A stretch of DNA of 64,000 nt from Elusimicrobiota bacterium (lineage in GTDB: Bacteria > Elusimicrobiota > Elusimicrobia > Elusimicrobiales > UBA9959). The DNA lies in contig JAGVVD010000038.1 of the NCBI GenBank assembly GCA_019135865.1, positions 364-64,363 of the forward strand, read 5' to 3'. Shown here in pieces: positions 60,406 through 64,000 of the stretch. Positions within the stretch are counted from its first letter, which is position 1. Each line of letters begins with the position of its first letter. The position numbers and the translations under genes are program-made. Below the pieces are notes generated by a model. That model searched no databases and had not been told where the DNA came from. It worked only from the letters and a program-made list of their open reading frames with translations.

Positions 60406-62634
60406 TCAGGGCCAGGCGACCGTGAAATTCCAGGACTGCACGGAGGTCTTCTTTTCCGGCGGATCGTCCGCCCAGTGGCTGACCCTGACCTCCACGGTAT
60501 GAGGGGAACCGGGCGCGAAAGCGGCGGAAGGCAGCCAGGACAGTTTCCCGCTTTCCGGGTCCCAGTACGAGGCGATGGTCCCGGAGGAGACGATCGGCTC
60601 CCCGTCCAGCCGCAGCTCTATGCTGTAAGGGTCTATGCCCGACTGATTGTCGAAGAGCCGGCAGCCTATCTCCGGCAGCGGGTCCGCATTGGCTCCCTGC
60701 GGGACCATATTGGCGATAGAAGGCGCGGAAGGGTCCGGGTCCGAGACGGCTACCGTGAAGGTCCAGGTGGAGATGGTCTTGTAATAGGCCCGGTCGCCGC
60801 CCTCCGCCGTTACCGTGTAGGAGGAGCCGTTGGCGAGCTTGTTGGGCAGGCCTCCGGCGCCGCGCCAGGAGATGCGGCCGCTGGCCGCGTCGTAATCGAA
60901 GGGTACCGCGGTCCCGTTCACCCGCAAGGAGACAGTCTCGGGACATATCCCGGAGACGGCCGCGCCGGCCGAAAGCGGCTGGTCCGACAGTACGGCGCCG
61001 ACATAGGGCATCAGGTCCGGCACCGCCCCGGAGGGGGCCTGGCTGGAGACCGCCGGTGGATCGAGGTCCAGCACGACCCGCCGCTGGGCGAACGGGGAAT
61101 AATAGGAGTCCTTGGAGGCCTTGGCGTAGAGCAGGTTCTCTCCCTCCGCCAGGACCGAGGTGACGGCCAGCGACTGGAAGTCGAAAGCGCCCGAGGCGTC
61201 CGCCGGACGCGAGTCGGAGGGGGAGGCCATGGAATTGACGTAAAAACCGACGCTGGCCAGCGGCGCCGTCTCTCCCGCGAGGCGCAACGGGTAGCCGGCG
61301 TCGGCCCTGTAAGCGATGACCTCCGCGGGGTAGGATTTTGCGATGCCGGCCGCGAAGGCCGCCGCCCGTCCGGCTTCCATCAGGTCGTAAAGATAGGTGT
61401 CGTTGGCCGGCTCTTCCACGAGCATCTTGAGCTCGGCGCCGCTGGACCGGCTCTCTATGCCGCTGAGCATTTCCAGGGAGATCAGCTCGGTCCTGGAATG
61501 CAGCCGGCGGCCGCGCTTGTAGAGACGCAGCGTGACCTCTTTCAGGTTGGTGTCCGGCAGTTCGCTGACGGTCCGGCCCGGCGAGCCGGTGACATAGGTG
61601 TCGTAATAGTCGGCGTCGGCGTTGGCCTTGTAATAGCGTATCGAGGCGTCGTAGTCGTCGACGAGGTTAGCGTCGGCGTCGGTGAAATCGCGCAGGTCGC
61701 CGGTCAGCCCGTCGCCGGTCACGTCGGAAACGTCCCTGACCTTGAACTTCAGTTCGACGGTCCAGCGGTCCACGGAGTAGCGCGAAGCGATCGCCGTGAT
61801 CTCGTCGAGCAGGCCGCGGTAGGGATAGGAGGGCCGCTGCTGGGTCACGGGACCGTAGGTGCCGGAGAGGCCGTAGTTAGGCTGCGCCGAATCGTAGGCG
61901 AAGAGATAGTGGTACTCTATGCTCTTGAGCTTCTCGAAGATGGAATCCGTCAGCCGCGTGGAGGCGGTGTTCTCCAGGGTGCGCGTCATCATCACCTGCA
62001 GGTAGCGGTGCATATAGGCGACCGAAAGGCTCAGCACCGCCAGCAGGAAGATGGAGATCATGGCCTCCACGAGGCCGAAGCCCGCCCGGAGCCGCGCGCC
62101 CTGCGGCCGGCGCGCGCCGGCCGGGAGCCGGCCGCCCGAAGCCAGGGCGTAGAAGACGAGCAGGGAGAGCGGCAGGACCAGGGCCGAATGCGCGACCAGG
62201 CTCAACAGGGCCTCCCCGTGGACCCGTCTTATGACGGCCGGTCCCAGTTCGGGATAGGAAGCGGAAGCGAAGAGCAGCGCCCCCGAGTAAAATCCCAGGA
62301 AAAGGGCGAAGAGGGCGAAAACGGCGCCGGAAACGGCCTTTTCGGCCGGGGTGCGTTCCGAAGCCCGCGTCCCGGCGAAGGAGCCTCCGGCCAGCAGGTA
62401 GAAGAAAAGCAGAGAAAAGGGCAGGAGGATGGAGGAGAGCAGGAGCAGGCCGGAACGCGAGCCGGACTGCAGCGCGGCGGCCAGTTCCAGGGTGAGCACG
62501 GACGAGGTCCCGGGCAGGAAGACCGCGGCCCCGGCGTAGAAGCCGACCAGGACGGCGAAAAGGGAGAGCACGAAGCCGGCCGCGGCGTAGACCGCGGGAG
62601 AGGAAAGACCGGCCCGGGGAAGGGCTTTTTTCAT
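60406..62634 (-). CDS. large pseudopilin-like protein: about 185-aa 4-TM N-terminal region, internal prepilin motif, Ig-like C-terminal repeats
   Basis: RLRAG|FGLVEAMISIFLLAVL at residues 181-200. Upstream are two copies of a 2-TM unit. The C-terminus has SGRISWRG...YTVTA and SGKLSWLP...HTVEV. Confidence 0.65.
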   Translation of the reverse strand: MKKALPRAGLSSPAVYAAAGFVLSLFAVLVGFYAGAAVFLPGTSSVLTLELAAALQSGSRSGLLLLSSILLPFSLLFFYLLAGGSFAGTRASERTPAEKAVSGAVFALFALFLGFYSGALLFASASYPELGPAVIRRVHGEALLSLVAHSALVLPLSLLVFYALASGGRLPAGARRPQGARLRAGFGLVEAMISIFLLAVLSLSVAYMHRYLQVMMTRTLENTASTRLTDSIFEKLKSIEYHYLFAYDSAQPNYGLSGTYGPVTQQRPSYPYRGLLDEITAIASRYSVDRWTVELKFKVRDVSDVTGDGLTGDLRDFTDADANLVDDYDASIRYYKANADADYYDTYVTGSPGRTVSELPDTNLKEVTLRLYKRGRRLHSRTELISLEMLSGIESRSSGAELKMLVEEPANDTYLYDLMEAGRAAAFAAGIAKSYPAEVIAYRADAGYPLRLAGETAPLASVGFYVNSMASPSDSRPADASGAFDFQSLAVTSVLAEGENLLYAKASKDSYYSPFAQRRVVLDLDPPAVSSQAPSGAVPDLMPYVGAVLSDQPLSAGAAVSGICPETVSLRVNGTAVPFDYDAASGRISWRGAGGLPNKLANGSSYTVTAEGGDRAYYKTISTWTFTVAVSDPDPSAPSIANMVPQGANADPLPEIGCRLFDNQSGIDPYSIELRLDGEPIVSSGTIASYWDPESGKLSWLPSAAFAPGSPHTVEVRVSHWADDPPEKKTSVQSWNFTVAWP

Positions 62635-62715
62635 AATGGCGACCCGCCTGTCATAGTATAGCAGAAGGACGGGGTTTTTTCAGCACCCCCCTTCGCGGCC
62701 CGGCGGCCCGCGCCG

Positions 62716-64000
62716 TCAGCGGTAATACTTGTCCGGGTTGTGGATGAAATAGAAGTCAAAAGGCTCCAGCCGCGGCAGGTTCACGTATCTGCGGCCGGAT
62801 TCGTCCGTTCGCTCCTCCAGGCGCGGAAAGGACATCTTGTGCCCGCTGGCGGCCGGTCCGAAGTCGGGGTTCTTTACGAAGCCCGTCTCCTCGATGCGGT
62901 CGACCAGGTGGTCCACCCATTTCAGGGCGACCGCCTTGTCGGCGAATTCCTCCCAGTTGCCGTCGGAACTGTTCTCGTACATGCGCTTGCGGAAGGCGTC
63001 CGTGGAGATCCCCATTTTTTTCGCGACCGGGTCGAGTATGCGCCGCTCCCAGTCCTTCGCCTTTTCCAGCTGCTCCTTCAGCTGCGTCATGTTGCCCCAG
63101 TTCACGGTGGACATCTGGTGATGGAGTATTATGGCGTTGGGATAGGCGAACGACTTTTTAGCCAGCGTCGTTATGCCGGCGGCCATGCTGGCGGCGTAGG
63201 ATTTCACTACGACGTAGACGGGGGCCTTGCTGGATTCCATGGCCTTGAGTATGCGGTAGCCGGACATCACCGAACCGCCCGGGGAACTGTCGATGACCAG
63301 GAAGATGGGGGCGGTGCTGATATTGTTGAAGTAATGGATCCTGTCGGTGATATAGTCCGCGCTCACGGAGTAGACCGGGCCGTTGAGCGGTATGCGCCGG
63401 TCGCTTATGGTCAGCACGCCTTTGCTGAAAGGCTGCGGGTCGTATACCGGTTCGGTGTTGGATTCCTTCTTCCATTCCTCTTTCTTCGCGCGCAGGGAGA
63501 GGTCGGAGTTGAGCTTGTCCATGCGGCTCTCGAGCAGCAGCTTCTCGAACTTGAGCTTGCGCTCCTTGAGGTCCATGCGCTTCATCTCCAGCTCGATGGA
63601 CATCTTCTCCGCCGAGTCGGTTATCATGGCCTTCTTCTCCTGTTCGGAGAGCAGTTCGTTCTCGGCCTTGAGCTTGAGTATGGAGGCGGTCATGGACTCA
63701 ATCTCTTTCTTGGCCGCTTCGGCGGCCAGCTTGTTCTCCAGCGTCAGGCGCTGGAACTCGGAGTTCTTGAGCGCGGTTTCGGCTTTTATCTTTTCGTCGG
63801 CCAGCCTGTTCCCGGAGGAGAGGCGCTCCAGCTCCTCCTTTATTTTACGCAGTTCGAGCCCCTGCTTTTCGGAGGCGAGCCTGCTCTCGGTGGAGAGGCG
63901 GTTTATCTCGGCCTCCATCTCCGCGATCTTGTTCTTCTGCTTCTGCAGCAGCAGTTCGTATTCGGCCTTGAGCTCGTCGCGCTCCTCGTTGAGCTGCTGG
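62716..64000 (-). CDS. ClpP-fold (S14-like) serine protease with a long N-terminal coiled coil; 5'-partial (frame stays open to the window edge)
   Basis: IFLVIDSSPGGSVMSG...KSYAASMAAG (Ser)...ILHHQM (His). Hand translation upstream of M(63918) continues as coiled coil with no stop. Confidence 0.7.
   Translation of the reverse strand, partial: QQLNEERDELKAEYELLLQKQKNKIAEMEAEINRLSTESRLASEKQGLELRKIKEELERLSSGNRLADEKIKAETALKNSEFQRLTLENKLAAEAAKKEIESMTASILKLKAENELLSEQEKKAMITDSAEKMSIELEMKRMDLKERKLKFEKLLLESRMDKLNSDLSLRAKKEEWKKESNTEPVYDPQPFSKGVLTISDRRIPLNGPVYSVSADYITDRIHYFNNISTAPIFLVIDSSPGGSVMSGYRILKAMESSKAPVYVVVKSYAASMAAGITTLAKKSFAYPNAIILHHQMSTVNWGNMTQLKEQLEKAKDWERRILDPVAKKMGISTDAFRKRMYENSSDGNWEEFADKAVALKWVDHLVDRIEETGFVKNPDFGPAASGHKMSFPRLEERTDESGRRYVNLPRLEPFDFYFIHNPDKYYR

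Noticed and set aside
1-64000. CRISPR arrays, tRNA, rRNA and tmRNA genes
   Set aside because: No regularly spaced direct repeats and no T-loop-type GGTTCGAATCC motif in a cloverleaf context were seen on either strand by eye. A tRNAscan, Infernal or CRISPR-finder run would be needed for certainty.

Overview
High-GC bacterial chromosomal segment (most genes look well above 60% GC by eye), densely coding on both strands, with anaerobe-like content. No rRNA, tRNA or CRISPR array was seen. All calls come from reading the ORF translations and the DNA by eye. Small-motif coordinates are hand-counted and may be off by 1-2 nt. No database search was run. Main content, 5' to 3': (1) A visibly lower-GC accessory patch (about 1-5800) holding an IS3-family element with recognisable inverted repeats, a run of GNAT-like and unknown genes, and a HigB/HigA-like toxin-antitoxin pair with a promoter/operator. 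(2) Housekeeping and envelope genes, an IS110-family element with a long structured 3' non-coding tail, an orphan AddB-like Fe-S nuclease, a secreted barnase-like RNase, a MATE pump, and a kinase/zinc-ribbon/two-receiver cluster. (3) An MFS transporter, RecD-like helicase, GNATs, macro domain protein, ferritin-like protein, proteases, pcp, mgtE, a PAP2 phosphatase, a PfkB kinase and an agmatine-deiminase-family protein. (4) The most interesting locus: a complete six-gene Ech-type group 4 [NiFe] hydrogenase (echABCDEF order). Directly upstream on the same strand is a four-gene signalling cassette, whose main kinase carries an N-terminal 4Fe-4S plus [FeFe]-hydrogenase-like (H-cluster-type) domain and which has no DNA-binding output. 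(5) A radical SAM/SPASM gene with an S1 protease, a HEAT-repeat protein and a LuxR regulator. (6) A pseudopilin operon that includes a pseudopilin with a roughly 185-aa four-TM extension ahead of its prepilin motif, then a ClpP-fold protease with a long coiled coil that runs off the window. Cross-cutting signals: at least nine genes with a -10 box exactly 6 nt before the ATG and no SD (leaderless geometry), a dispersed GGGGACGTTGTT..AGT motif, and a family of terminator hairpins sharing one stem sequence. Many long ORFs in the track are antisense or alternative-frame artefacts of high GC and were rejected.
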